From positions 29,171 to 93,170 of the forward strand of contig CAVQMC010000001.1 of assembly GCA_963713505.1 (NCBI GenBank): a stretch of DNA of 64,000 nucleotides, read 5' to 3'. Both the position numbers and the translations under genes were made by a program. The stretch's first letter is position 1, and each line of letters starts with the position of its first letter. A model generated the notes under the pieces. It searched no databases. It saw nothing but the letters and a program-made list of their open reading frames with translations, and was not told where the DNA came from. Source of the stretch: an uncultured Ignavibacteria bacterium. GTDB taxonomy: Bacteria; Bacteroidota; Ignavibacteria; Ignavibacteriales; Ignavibacteriaceae. Positions 29,537 through 39,489 of this stretch are shown here, piece by piece.

Positions 29537-29890
29537 TTATTTAAAATCTTTTTTAACCTTTTTTTCAAGTCCTAATTTCTCTGCGAATTCAGCACTAAAA
29601 TCTTCAACCATTTTTGCAGCCTCATTATTTTTTGTTGATCTTAGCAGAGTATCGGACAATTTAATTAGAGTTTGATGAATATGAATATTCATTTCGTCAA
29701 CATTCATTTCCTTTGTCCATAAATCAATTCCCATTGTAGCATTTTCAACTTTATCCCACAAAGATATCATTATAGATTTGCATTCTTTTTTTTTAGGAAA
29801 ACCGGCATCTGTTGCCATCCATTCAATTTTTGATGGAACATTTTTTTCATCTAATTGAACAGTAAAGATTATTTCGGAAGTTTTGGACAT
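29537..29890 (-). CDS. gldC: GldC-like protein (gliding motility/T9SS-associated family)
   Basis: 117 aa. The pattern SEI.F.V.LDE..VP.KI.W.A.D......K.....S.WD......IDLWTKEM.VDEM matches my recollection of Flavobacterium GldC. Confidence 0.7.
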   Translation of the reverse strand: MSKTSEIIFTVQLDEKNVPSKIEWMATDAGFPKKKECKSIMISLWDKVENATMGIDLWTKEMNVDEMNIHIHQTLIKLSDTLLRSTKNNEAAKMVEDFSAEFAEKLGLEKKVKKDFK

Positions 29891-30053
29891 TATTTTCTCT
29901 TATTTATTATAGTTTTAATTTGTTAATTTAATGAATTGTAAATAACAAAATCACATGCAAAGTTAAAGTTCAATTTTTATATAATAAATTCGTTAAATTC
30001 GAAGTAATGTAAAGTTAAACAAATTTGCATTACACAACAATTTGGGAAATCAT

Positions 30054-30605
30054 ATGGAAAGTTTTTCTCGCTTAACAAAAATTTTAATCGTATTTTCTTT
30101 TGTTCTGTTTCTAACATCAAAAGTTTATTCTCAATCAATTGGAGTCGGAGCTTATTTAGGCGGCGGTGTAGCCAGTGGAAACTCAACAAATATAGGCAGC
30201 TTTAATTCTTCATTTTATGTTGATATTTTCACACCCTTAAGTGATTATATTGTTCCCCGGATCAGCGTTATTTACACAAGGGATTTTAATTATTTTCTTC
30301 CAAATGCAAAAGCAGATTATTATCCTTTTTTAAAGAGCTTTTCTCTTAAAGCTGTTACGTGGCAGAGTTTATCGAATAATATGTTTATAGAAGAAGGCGT
30401 AGGACCGATTATGATAAATGACAGAACATTCAGTACAACAAATGTTTGGACTTACGGTGTTGTTTTTTCCATTTCAGCCGGCTTTGATTTAAGGGTTTTG
30501 AATGAAGGTTTTAAGGTGGGAATTGGAACTGAATATGCTAATACTTTTAACGACACACTTGCAAAATACTTCTCTCTTAATCTACAGGGAGAGTATTTTT
30601 TCTAA
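30054..30605 (+). CDS. hypothetical small outer-membrane beta-barrel protein
   Basis: Signal peptide (LIVFSFVLFLTSKVYSQ), alternating amphipathic strands and a C-terminal aromatic signal (GEYFF). ATG at 30054 preferred over TTG at 30042. Confidence 0.45.
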   Translation: MESFSRLTKILIVFSFVLFLTSKVYSQSIGVGAYLGGGVASGNSTNIGSFNSSFYVDIFTPLSDYIVPRISVIYTRDFNYFLPNAKADYYPFLKSFSLKAVTWQSLSNNMFIEEGVGPIMINDRTFSTTNVWTYGVVFSISAGFDLRVLNEGFKVGIGTEYANTFNDTLAKYFSLNLQGEYFF

Positions 30606-30610
30606 ACAAA

Positions 30611-30637
30611 AAACCCGCAATTATTACTGCGGGTTTT
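30611..30637. terminator. bidirectional hairpin terminator between convergent genes
   Basis: Stem AAACCCGCA / TGCGGGTTT with an 8-nt loop, A-run upstream and T-run downstream. Confidence 0.7.
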
Positions 30638-30658
30638 AAATTGAAATATTTATATAAC

Positions 30659-32872
30659 TTATTTTGTTGAATCAGCTGCAGCCGGTTCTTCAGAAACGAT
30701 CTTACCTGCTTTTAATTCATCACTTAGTCTTGTTGCCTTATACATATCTTTTATAGCTTCGTACATTCCTTGAGAAGCAACAGCAACACATCGGTTATTT
30801 GTTGGATCATAAATAAAATCTCCCGGTAAACTTTCTATATTTCCGTCAAATGCTAAACCTACTATTTGAGATTTTTCATTAATAACCGGACTGCCGGAAT
30901 TTCCGCCGATAATATCACAGGTTGAAACAAAATTCATTGGAGTCGATAAATCAAAATCTGCAGGCGGATTTAACCATTCTTTAGGCAGTGCCCAATCTTT
31001 TTTATCTTTGAATGAATAATGTCTATCGTAAAGGCCGTAAAAAGTTGTAAACGGCGGAGCAATGGTTCCGTTATAATGATAGCCTTTAACAACGCCATCA
31101 GAAATTCTCAGCGTAAAAGTTGCATCAGGCGGAATTGAGGTTCCATAAACTTCAAATAAAGCTTTACCAAGTTCCTGCGAATAGATATCTTCCTTAGAAC
31201 TTAATTGACTAACTTTTCCTTTTAATTCTTCCTGTCGTTTTTGGGTGTGAACGATAAAGTAAATGAAAGGATCGTTAGAATTTAATATTGCATCGGGTCC
31301 TTGATCGATTAATGCTTTTAATTTTGCTTGATCATTTATTACCGTATTTCCCAACATATAATTTACTGCAGCTTTACCGCGCAAACCGCCGGTTATTTTT
31401 TCAACAGTTGGATTATCTGCCCCTAAATATTCATATAAAACTCCGACCTGTTTTTGCAATAAATCGTTATTATAATCTATTTTAAAGTCGGATGGGAAAA
31501 TATTTGCAATAGTAGAATCCAGTTCATCACCTTTATATTCTTCCGATCTTTGATCTTCAGGTTTCTTTAATTCGTTTGCTAAATCGACCACATCACTTGC
31601 TATGAAAAAATACTGTGAAGTTGTATAAGGATTTAAAGTAATCGCATACAATTCATTAGAAAAATTTCTTTCCTTATTTTTTATTTCGGCAATTTTACTC
31701 CAAAGATCTCCGTATTTAGAATTTAAAGTAGGATCACTATGAACTGCCTGTTTAAATTTTTCTTCAAAATCTTTTTTCTTCTGCATTAAAATCGGATTTC
31801 TTAATCCTTTCAGCATTCCGGTATAAGCTTTTTGTGAATTAGCAAATGAAAATAATCTGTTTTGCAGTTCCTCTTTTCTTTCAGGATGTTCTTTAATAAT
31901 CTGGTTATAAACATCAACAAGATCATTTAATAAATTTAATACTCGCGGATAAGTAACATCCCGCATATATTCCAGTTGAGCAACCGTTTTTAGACGATCA
32001 GTTCTTCCAGGATTGCCTATTACGAAAACCGGCTCACCTGGAGTTGCACCATCGGGACTCCATTTAAAATAATGATCTGTTTTCAAAGGTTTTCCGTCTT
32101 TATCATAAACTCTGAAAAAATTACAATCCAAATCGTATCTCGGATAAGTAAAATTATCGTAATCTCCGCCGTAATAACCTAATTGAGCTTCGGGTGAAAA
32201 AACTAACCTGACGTCATCATATCTTTTGTAACCATAAACTGAATATTTACCGCCGTTGTATAAAGTTACAACTTGGATTCTTAAACCGGTTTTATCAGAT
32301 TCACGGTCTTTAATTCTATTTTCTGCTTCTTTTTCTTTTTGTAATTTTTCCTGGTCAGTTTTACCTGAATCAATCGCTGCCTGAACTTCATTTGTAACAT
32401 CTTTTATTAAAACAAGCTGGTCAACATAAAGCCCTGGAACTTTTCTTTCATCCTGCAAAGTTTTAGCATAAAATCCGTTATCAAAAAGATCCTCACCTTC
32501 TTTTGTCACTTTTCCAACGCTTTCTCTTCCGCAATGATGGTTTGTCATAACTAATCCATCTGCAGAAACAAAAGAAGCCGAACAATAATTTGCAAACCTC
32601 AATGCTCCCAATCTGGCATTGTCAAGCCATTCTTGAGAAGGATTAAAATTATATTCACTTTGAAAATATTTTACTGGAGGGTAATCAAAGGTCCACATTT
32701 TGCCGGTATCGTATTTCCCGGCTTTAACAGTATCTAAATTCAACCAGCTATTCGAATTAGATTGACTTTCTGCAGTTTGCTGCATTTGATTTGAACTTGC
32801 ACAGCCGGCTGCAAACAAAAGCAGGAAAATAATAAACACCTGGCTAAATGCAGATTCCAGAATTCTCTTCAT
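30659..32872 (-). CDS. S46-family dipeptidyl-peptidase (DPP7/DPP11-like) lipoprotein
   Basis: Lipobox FAAGC, catalytic His in MTNHHCG, catalytic Ser in IGGNSGSPV. The length of about 740 aa is typical of S46. Confidence 0.9.
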   Translation of the reverse strand: MKRILESAFSQVFIIFLLLFAAGCASSNQMQQTAESQSNSNSWLNLDTVKAGKYDTGKMWTFDYPPVKYFQSEYNFNPSQEWLDNARLGALRFANYCSASFVSADGLVMTNHHCGRESVGKVTKEGEDLFDNGFYAKTLQDERKVPGLYVDQLVLIKDVTNEVQAAIDSGKTDQEKLQKEKEAENRIKDRESDKTGLRIQVVTLYNGGKYSVYGYKRYDDVRLVFSPEAQLGYYGGDYDNFTYPRYDLDCNFFRVYDKDGKPLKTDHYFKWSPDGATPGEPVFVIGNPGRTDRLKTVAQLEYMRDVTYPRVLNLLNDLVDVYNQIIKEHPERKEELQNRLFSFANSQKAYTGMLKGLRNPILMQKKKDFEEKFKQAVHSDPTLNSKYGDLWSKIAEIKNKERNFSNELYAITLNPYTTSQYFFIASDVVDLANELKKPEDQRSEEYKGDELDSTIANIFPSDFKIDYNNDLLQKQVGVLYEYLGADNPTVEKITGGLRGKAAVNYMLGNTVINDQAKLKALIDQGPDAILNSNDPFIYFIVHTQKRQEELKGKVSQLSSKEDIYSQELGKALFEVYGTSIPPDATFTLRISDGVVKGYHYNGTIAPPFTTFYGLYDRHYSFKDKKDWALPKEWLNPPADFDLSTPMNFVSTCDIIGGNSGSPVINEKSQIVGLAFDGNIESLPGDFIYDPTNNRCVAVASQGMYEAIKDMYKATRLSDELKAGKIVSEEPAAADSTK

Positions 32873-33118
32873 ATCTCTATCCTTTTTGAATTTATCAACA
32901 TTTATAAATTAAATTTTTTATTGGTTTAAATTATTTCATTTAATTATTTTATTAAGTGCTGAAGGGCAAATATAAAAATTTATTAACTTAAAGCTTTAAT
33001 TATGTAAGAATTATATGTGGCTTTTTAAAGTGGATTTAAATATAAAAAGGCTACTAGAGCATAAATCAACTCCAATAACCTTTTAAAATATGTTTTGCAA
33101 CAATTAACCGGATAAAAA

Positions 33119-33442
33119 TTAAATATAAGAATCCGGTTGATATAATGGTTCAATTTCCCATTCGTCTTCGACTGTTCCCACACAATGAGAACACTTTGGA
33201 ACATTGAAGACTACTTTTTCCTCATTCGGTGCAGCACGAACAAAATTCAGAATTGTTTTACAGCTTGAGCATTGAACAATATGTGAACTAGTAACCTTTT
33301 TGCTGCACTCCGGACAAATAAAGCCCAAATCTCCTGGCGTTTCTTCCGGATTTACCAGAAAGATAGAGTTACATTTAGAATTGTTGCATTTTGCGAAGTG
33401 CCATTTAACAGTATCTTTTGTAGCGATAATTCTCTCCCGCAA
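33119..33442 (-). CDS. hypothetical double zinc-ribbon protein
   Basis: 107-aa ORF with four Cys pairs (CNNSKC, CPEC, CSSC, CSHC). TTG start and no internal Met. No family recognised. Confidence 0.4.
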   Translation of the reverse strand: MRERIIATKDTVKWHFAKCNNSKCNSIFLVNPEETPGDLGFICPECSKKVTSSHIVQCSSCKTILNFVRAAPNEEKVVFNVPKCSHCVGTVEDEWEIEPLYQPDSYI

Positions 33443-33639
33443 GTTTTTAATGTTTTAACTTAAGTACTATATTAGAAAAAGTCCATTGAAAAAATATTCT
33501 CTTTTAATTTTTCTTAAATATTTTAGATGATTTATTTCATAAATTTAAGCCTTCAAATCTATTATTTTATAACAAAGAATGTAATACTAATATATTTCCG
33601 TGAAAATTTTTTCAATTAAACCTTCAAAGTGGAGAGAAA

Positions 33640-34986
33640 ATGGATAAATTAAACAGTTTTAAAGCTTATGATATTCGAGGAAAAGTACCTTCTGAATTAA
33701 ACCCAGATTTAGCTTATAAAATCGGCAGAGCTTATGCAAAATTAATAAAGGCAAAAAAAGTTGTAGTCGGCAACGATGTAAGAAAATCCTCCGATGAACT
33801 ATCCGAAGCTTTAATGAAGGGATTAAACGATGCCGGATCTGATGTTGTAAATATAGGTTTATGCGGTACGGAAATGGTTTATTATGCAACTCCGGCTTTA
33901 AATGCAGATGGCGGAATAATGATTACAGCCAGCCACAATCCACCCGAATATAACGGAATGAAATTCGTTAAAAAGGGTTCCGTTCCGGTAGGGTATGATT
34001 CCGGCTTAAATAAAATTGAAGAAATGATTTTAAAAAATGATATAGGTGAAGAATCCAAAGAAAAAGGTAAAATTGAAAAATTAGATATCATGGAAAAGTT
34101 TATAAATAATTTAAGCAAATTTTATGATCCAAATAAAATAAAAAAATATAATGTAGTTGTGAATGCAGGTAACGGATGTGCAGGATTATCTTTAAATAAA
34201 CTTGAACCAAAATTGCCTATTAAAATGATTAAAATCTTTAACGAACCGGATTCAAGTTTTCCAAACGGTGTTCCGAATCCTTTATTAACTGAAAATAGAA
34301 AAGCTACAATTGATGCAGTTTTAAATAATAAAGCCGATCTTGGTGTTGCTTGGGACGGCGATTACGACAGATGTTTTTTCTTTGATGAAAAAGGCAATTT
34401 TATCGAAGGTTATTATATAGTTGGATTATTAGCTAAAAGTATTTTGAAAAAACATCCCGGCGAGAATATAGTGCATGATCCCAGACTTGTTTGGAATACT
34501 TTGCAAGTTGTAAATAAAAACGGCGGCAAAGCAGTTACGTCTAAAAGCGGACATGCATTTATAAAAGAAAAAATGAGAGAGGTAAATGCAATTTACGGAG
34601 GAGAAATGTCTGCTCATCATTATTTTAGAGAGAATGCATATTCAGACAGCGGAATGATTCCGTTTTTATTAATTCTTCAATTAATGTCTGAAGAAAACAA
34701 ACCGCTTTCAAAATTAGTTGAAGAAATGATTGCCGAATATCCATGTTCAGGAGAAATAAATTCAACAATTGATGATCCTAGGAAAAAGATTAAAGAAATA
34801 GAGGAAAAATATTCAGATGGAAAAATTGATCGTTTAGACGGCTTAAGTGTCGAATATTCTGATTGGAGATTTAATTTAAGAATGTCTAACACAGAACCAA
34901 TTTTAAGATTAAATGTAGAAAGTAAAAACGATAAAAAATTAATGGAAAATAAAACGGAAGAATTACTCAAATTGATTAGAGGATAA
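33640..34986 (+). CDS. phosphomannomutase/phosphoglucomutase
   Basis: Active-site TASHNP, metal-binding DGDYDR and a sugar-binding GEMSAHHYF block. Confidence 0.9.
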   Translation: MDKLNSFKAYDIRGKVPSELNPDLAYKIGRAYAKLIKAKKVVVGNDVRKSSDELSEALMKGLNDAGSDVVNIGLCGTEMVYYATPALNADGGIMITASHNPPEYNGMKFVKKGSVPVGYDSGLNKIEEMILKNDIGEESKEKGKIEKLDIMEKFINNLSKFYDPNKIKKYNVVVNAGNGCAGLSLNKLEPKLPIKMIKIFNEPDSSFPNGVPNPLLTENRKATIDAVLNNKADLGVAWDGDYDRCFFFDEKGNFIEGYYIVGLLAKSILKKHPGENIVHDPRLVWNTLQVVNKNGGKAVTSKSGHAFIKEKMREVNAIYGGEMSAHHYFRENAYSDSGMIPFLLILQLMSEENKPLSKLVEEMIAEYPCSGEINSTIDDPRKKIKEIEEKYSDGKIDRLDGLSVEYSDWRFNLRMSNTEPILRLNVESKNDKKLMENKTEELLKLIRG

Positions 34987-34997
34987 GCATTAATAAA

Positions 34998-35018
34998 AAG
35001 CCCCTTCAACAGGGGCTT
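34998..35018. terminator. bidirectional hairpin terminator between convergent genes
   Basis: Stem AAGCCCCT / AGGGGCTT with a 5-nt loop, flanked by an A-run and T/A-rich sequence. Confidence 0.65.
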
Positions 35019-35027
35019 AATATTATA

Positions 35028-35588
35028 CTATTTTTTTATGGGGACTTTTATTTTAAAAGGTACTTTTAGATTATCCCATTCCAAAGCTATTGTAGCGGAG
35101 TCGTCACCGGTTTTAGTTATTGTATAAGTCAGCCATTCATGGAAATTTCCTTTTTCCGGTTTGACTTTTATTCTTAAAATGTCTTCAGCCTCATTATATT
35201 CAAAAGCTCCCCACTGATCCCAAACTTTATTAAATACTAATGTCCATTCTTTATCGGATGGAATTGCAAAAAATCCATACTTACCGGCTGGTAATTTATT
35301 ACCTTCAATGGTTACATCGGTACTGAATTCTATTGTTGTAGCTTCGTTTGCTCCCGCACGCCATACTTTATTATATGGTACTAATCCGTCCCAAATTTTT
35401 CTCCCTTTTACTCCCGGACGGCTGTATACAATTGTAACTTTAGTAAAACCAACAACCTGCATTACACTTGCCATAGGACTTATTCTAACCTTCTCTTCTT
35501 TCTTCTGCTGAGCAAATGTACTGCTGAAAAATACAGTTAAAATCAAAAAGCCAGATAAAATTATATGCCTGCCCATTTTTAAATTCAT
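35028..35588 (-). CDS. DUF2911-domain secreted protein
   Basis: Signal peptide, with GLVPYNKVWRAGANEATTIEFS and LPAGKYGFF blocks characteristic of DUF2911. Confidence 0.7.
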   Translation of the reverse strand: MNLKMGRHIILSGFLILTVFFSSTFAQQKKEEKVRISPMASVMQVVGFTKVTIVYSRPGVKGRKIWDGLVPYNKVWRAGANEATTIEFSTDVTIEGNKLPAGKYGFFAIPSDKEWTLVFNKVWDQWGAFEYNEAEDILRIKVKPEKGNFHEWLTYTITKTGDDSATIALEWDNLKVPFKIKVPIKK

Positions 35589-35653
35589 TTTAACTCCTTT
35601 AATTATTATATATTTCTAAATTTTATTAATGCATTTTTGTTAATAGTTTGAAG

Positions 35654-36784
35654 TTAAAATAAAGTCTTCAATTCTTCAACTACTTTATTAATTTCTTCTT
35701 TAGTATTATAGAAATGAGGAGAAAATCTCAGAACTCCTTCACGAACAGCTAAAGAAATGTTTTTTTCTGCTAATTTATCAAATATTTTCTGAGCCGATTC
35801 TGATTTTATACTTACAATTCCCGCAATATTTTTCTTTTCACAACCGGACAAAATAGGTTCTATATTATTATCTATTAATTTATCTATAAAATATTTCGAA
35901 TTATCTAGAACAGTATTTTCAATATTTTTCCAGCCGAATTCTTTAAATAATTTTAAAGAACCGTTTAATGCCCAAAGTCCTGTTTCGTTTAAAGTTCCCA
36001 CCTGATATCTGTCCGCACTGCTTTTCAATTTTAAATTGAATTCCAACAAGTTCCAGGCATCTTCAACAGATAACCAGCCTACATTTTTTTGATCCATTTG
36101 CTCTTGAAGTTTTTGGGATACATAAATGAATGATAAACCTTGTAAACCAAGAAGCCATTTTTGAGTTCCGCATGAGATAAAATCAATATTTTCATTTTGA
36201 ACATCAACATTAATGGCGCCCAGACCCTGGATACTATCTACGGAAAAAATAATATTTTTATCTTTGCAATAATTTCCAATCTCTTTTAAATCTGCTCTGT
36301 ATCCTGTTAAAAACTGAACTTGACTAATTGATACTAATCTTGTTTCAGGTTTTATCATTGATAAAATGTCTTCGGTTAATACTTTACCGTTTTTTGATTT
36401 AACAAAATCTATTATAACACCTTGTTTTTCCAAATTTAAAAACGGATATACATTTGCTGGAAATTCGATATCGTTAAGTAAAATCCGGTCGCCTTCTTTC
36501 CAGTTTATGCTTTGAGCCAAAACATTAATTCCGTTGCTCGTATTATCTAAAAAAGCAATCCTATCAGAAGTGGAATTAATTAGTTCCGCTAAATTGTTTT
36601 TATTTTCGCCTATTATTTTTATTAGTTCACTATAATAGTCAATACTTCCTTCTGATCTTTCATGAAAAAGTTTATTTAATCTTTCTAGAACAACAGTGGA
36701 AAGCGGTCCAGTTGAAGCATGATTAAAATATATTTTATCTTTCTTTAAATAGGGAAAATACTCTCTTGCTTTTTGAACATCCAT
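35654..36784 (-). CDS. aminotransferase class V-fold PLP enzyme (cysteine desulfurase/selenocysteine lyase-like)
   Basis: 376 aa with FNHASTGP at the N-terminus, a SCGTQKWLLG PLP-lysine region and LRFSPHFYNT at the C-terminus. Confidence 0.8.
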   Translation of the reverse strand: MDVQKAREYFPYLKKDKIYFNHASTGPLSTVVLERLNKLFHERSEGSIDYYSELIKIIGENKNNLAELINSTSDRIAFLDNTSNGINVLAQSINWKEGDRILLNDIEFPANVYPFLNLEKQGVIIDFVKSKNGKVLTEDILSMIKPETRLVSISQVQFLTGYRADLKEIGNYCKDKNIIFSVDSIQGLGAINVDVQNENIDFISCGTQKWLLGLQGLSFIYVSQKLQEQMDQKNVGWLSVEDAWNLLEFNLKLKSSADRYQVGTLNETGLWALNGSLKLFKEFGWKNIENTVLDNSKYFIDKLIDNNIEPILSGCEKKNIAGIVSIKSESAQKIFDKLAEKNISLAVREGVLRFSPHFYNTKEEINKVVEELKTLF

Positions 36785-37030
36785 TTGATTTGCCGTATTA
36801 ATTGTTCATAAAATTAAACTCATAACAATTATAAAATAAAATTCGCACAAATTAAAACTGATATATCATTTGCAGTTGTCATTTAATCGAGAAAATCCAA
36901 ATTATAATTAGTAACTTTGAAATTGAGATCAATAAATATTAGATTTTAATATAACTTAGGGAAAAATCTGAATTGATTTTACTTTTCTACAATATTATTC
37001 ATCATCTTCAATAAAACTTAAAGGCTTAAT

Positions 37031-39489
37031 ATGGCAAACCCCAAAGCATCAAAACATAATGAATTAAAACCGGAAGATTTAAGATGGCAGTGTAACCCGG
37101 ATATATTTGAATTTGAGTCAACAAGTGATATTGAACCAATAGAAGGTATACTTGGACAAGAACGAGCGTTAAAAGCTTTAAAGTTAGGAGTTGATTTAAG
37201 GGGACCCGGTTACAATATTTATATTGCAGGATTATCCGGGACTGGAAAAGCTACTGCGGTAAAAAAAATGCTGGAAAGAATCAGCGACAATTGTCCTCCG
37301 TTATATGATTATGCTTATGTAAATAATTTTAAAGATAGAGATCTACCAATTTTACTTACTTTTAATATTGGACAGGCAAGAATTTTAAACAAGATTTAAA
37401 TAACGCAATAAATATTCTAAAACAAAGAATTCCAAAAACTTTTGAAAGCGAATCATATATTTCCAGAAAAAAGAAAATAGTTAATTATTATAATGAAAAA
37501 GAACAAAAATTGATGAGCAGTTTTGATGAAAAGCTGAGGAAAGAAAACTTTACACTTGGACAAATTAAAATTGGAGAAGTTGCAAGGCCTGATGTTTTAC
37601 CTATAGTTGAAGAAAAACCGGTTCCTATATATCAAATTGAAGAAAAAATTCAAGAAGGGAAAATTTCAAAAGAAGAAGCCCAAGATATTATTAAGCGGTA
37701 CAATGAACATCAGCAGGAACTGCAGGTTTTATTTAAAAAAGGGTTGAAGATAAGTGAAGAGTTTCAAGCTAAACTTGCCGAATTGGAAAAAAGTGCTGCT
37801 GAAACAGTAGTTAAAGGAGTTTTGGAATTCATAAAAGAAAAACATAAAAACGAAAAAGTAATAGAATATTTAACACAAGTTGAGAATAATATTCTAGAAA
37901 ATATTCAGGTATTTAAGGGAATAAAACCTGAAGGTGAAACCACTCCGGAAGGATTTGAAATTGATTACTTTAAAGAATATGAAGTAAATATAATTTTAGA
38001 TAACGGTGAAACAAGAGAATGTCCTGTTATTATCGAAACTTCCCCCACATATGCTAATTTATTCGGGGTAATTGAAAAAATTAACGATGGACGCGGAGGC
38101 TGGTATAGCGATTTTACAAGAATAAAAGCCGGCTCTCTTCTGCGTGCCAACGGCGGTTATATCGTTTTAAACATTCTTCACCTTTTTGAAGAACCCGGAG
38201 TTTGGAGAACTTTAAAGAGAGTGCTTACTTATAGAAAACTGGAATTTCAGGATCCTCCTTCAATGTTTACAGTATCTCCGACTGTTTTAAAACCCGAACC
38301 AATTTATATCGATACAAAAGTTATTTTATTAGGCAGTCAAATGATTTATTCCCTGCTTGCTGAAAGAGAATATGACTTTAAAAAAATGTTTAAAGTTAAA
38401 GCCGATTTTGATTACGAAATAAAAAGAAATGATAAAATTCTTGTAGAGTATGCAAAAGTGATTAAGAAATTAATTAAAGATGAAAAATTGATGGAATTTG
38501 ATAAACATGCAATTGCCAAACTTATTGAATACGGAGCTTTATTTGCCGGAAATAAAAATAAACTTACTACAAGATTTTCCAAGATTGCAGATCTAGCTAG
38601 AGAATCAAATTTTTGGGCAAATGACGACGGTTTTGATATTGTTAATGCAGCACATGTAGAAAAAGCTTACAACAACACAAAAGAAAGACATGGTTTATTG
38701 GAATCAAAAATTTCTGAAATGATTGAAGATAAAATGTTCTTAATTGATGTTGAAGGCGAACGTGTCGGACAAATAAACGGTTTAGCGGTTTACAGCGCAG
38801 ATTTTTATTCATTCGGAAGGCCAACTAGAATAACTGCAACTGTTTCTTTAGGTAGCGGTAATATTATAAACGTTGAAAGAGAAGCCGGAATGAGCGGCAG
38901 ACATTATAATAAAGGTGTGTTAATTATTTCCGGCTACTTTAAAGAAACATTCGGACAGAATTTGCCTTTATCTTTTAATGCAAATTTAGTATTCGAACAA
39001 TCATATGGTATGATTGACGGAGACAGTGCTTCTTGTGCAGAAATATTTGCTCTTTTATCTACTCTTTCCGGATTACAAATAAAACAATCCATCGCCGTAA
39101 CAGGTTCTTTAAATCAAAAAGGGGATGTTCAGCCGATCGGCGGTGTGAATGAAAAGATAGAAGGATTTTTCGATGTTTGTAAATCAAACGGGTTAACTAA
39201 AAACCAGGGAGTTATTATCCCTATTCAAAATGTTCAGGAATTAATGTTAAGAAATGATGTAGTTGAAGCAGTTGCTAATAAGGAATTTCATATTTATCCG
39301 ATTAGCAGAGTTGAAGAAGGAATAGAAATACTTACAGGAGTGAGAGCCGGAACAAGAAAAAAAGACGGAACTTATCCGGAAAATACCGTATTTAAGATGG
39401 TAGAAGATAGAATAAAAGATCTTTATGCAAAAGCCAGATCCTTTAAAGCAAATACCACTACTCAACCACAAAAGAAGAAAAAGAAATGA
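37031..39489 (+). pseudogene. Lon-related ATP-dependent protease (AAA_32 + Lon_C, YcbZ/LonH-like), one frameshift
   Basis: N-terminal GQERALKALKLGV...IAGLSGTGKAT stops at 37399. The other frame is open from about 37366 (..GKNFKQDLNNAINILKQRIP..) and runs into 37510..39489, which carries Lon_C motifs (GQINGLAV, IDGDSASCAE, TGSLNQKGDVQPIGGVNEKIEGFF). Confidence 0.8.

Noticed and set aside
32873-33118. Long AT-rich intergenic regions (also 36785..37030 and 43550..43809) examined for tRNA, sRNA, CRISPR repeats or IS ends
   Set aside because: No tRNA-like T-arm or acceptor patterns, no periodic repeats and no terminal inverted repeats were seen. They look like AT-rich promoter or spacer DNA. A covariance-model scan would be needed to exclude small RNAs.
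33659-35009. Several minus-strand ORFs (63-110 aa) across the phosphomannomutase gene
   Set aside because: Antisense to a conserved CDS. Their sequences are Ile/Phe/Ser/Leu-rich, as expected from the reverse complement of AT-rich coding DNA.
37031-39489. Lon-like protease as a BREX BrxL-type defence component
   Set aside because: The N-terminal AAA_32-type region and Lon_C domain fit the YcbZ/LonH-like housekeeping family. No methyltransferase, PglZ or other BREX genes are nearby.
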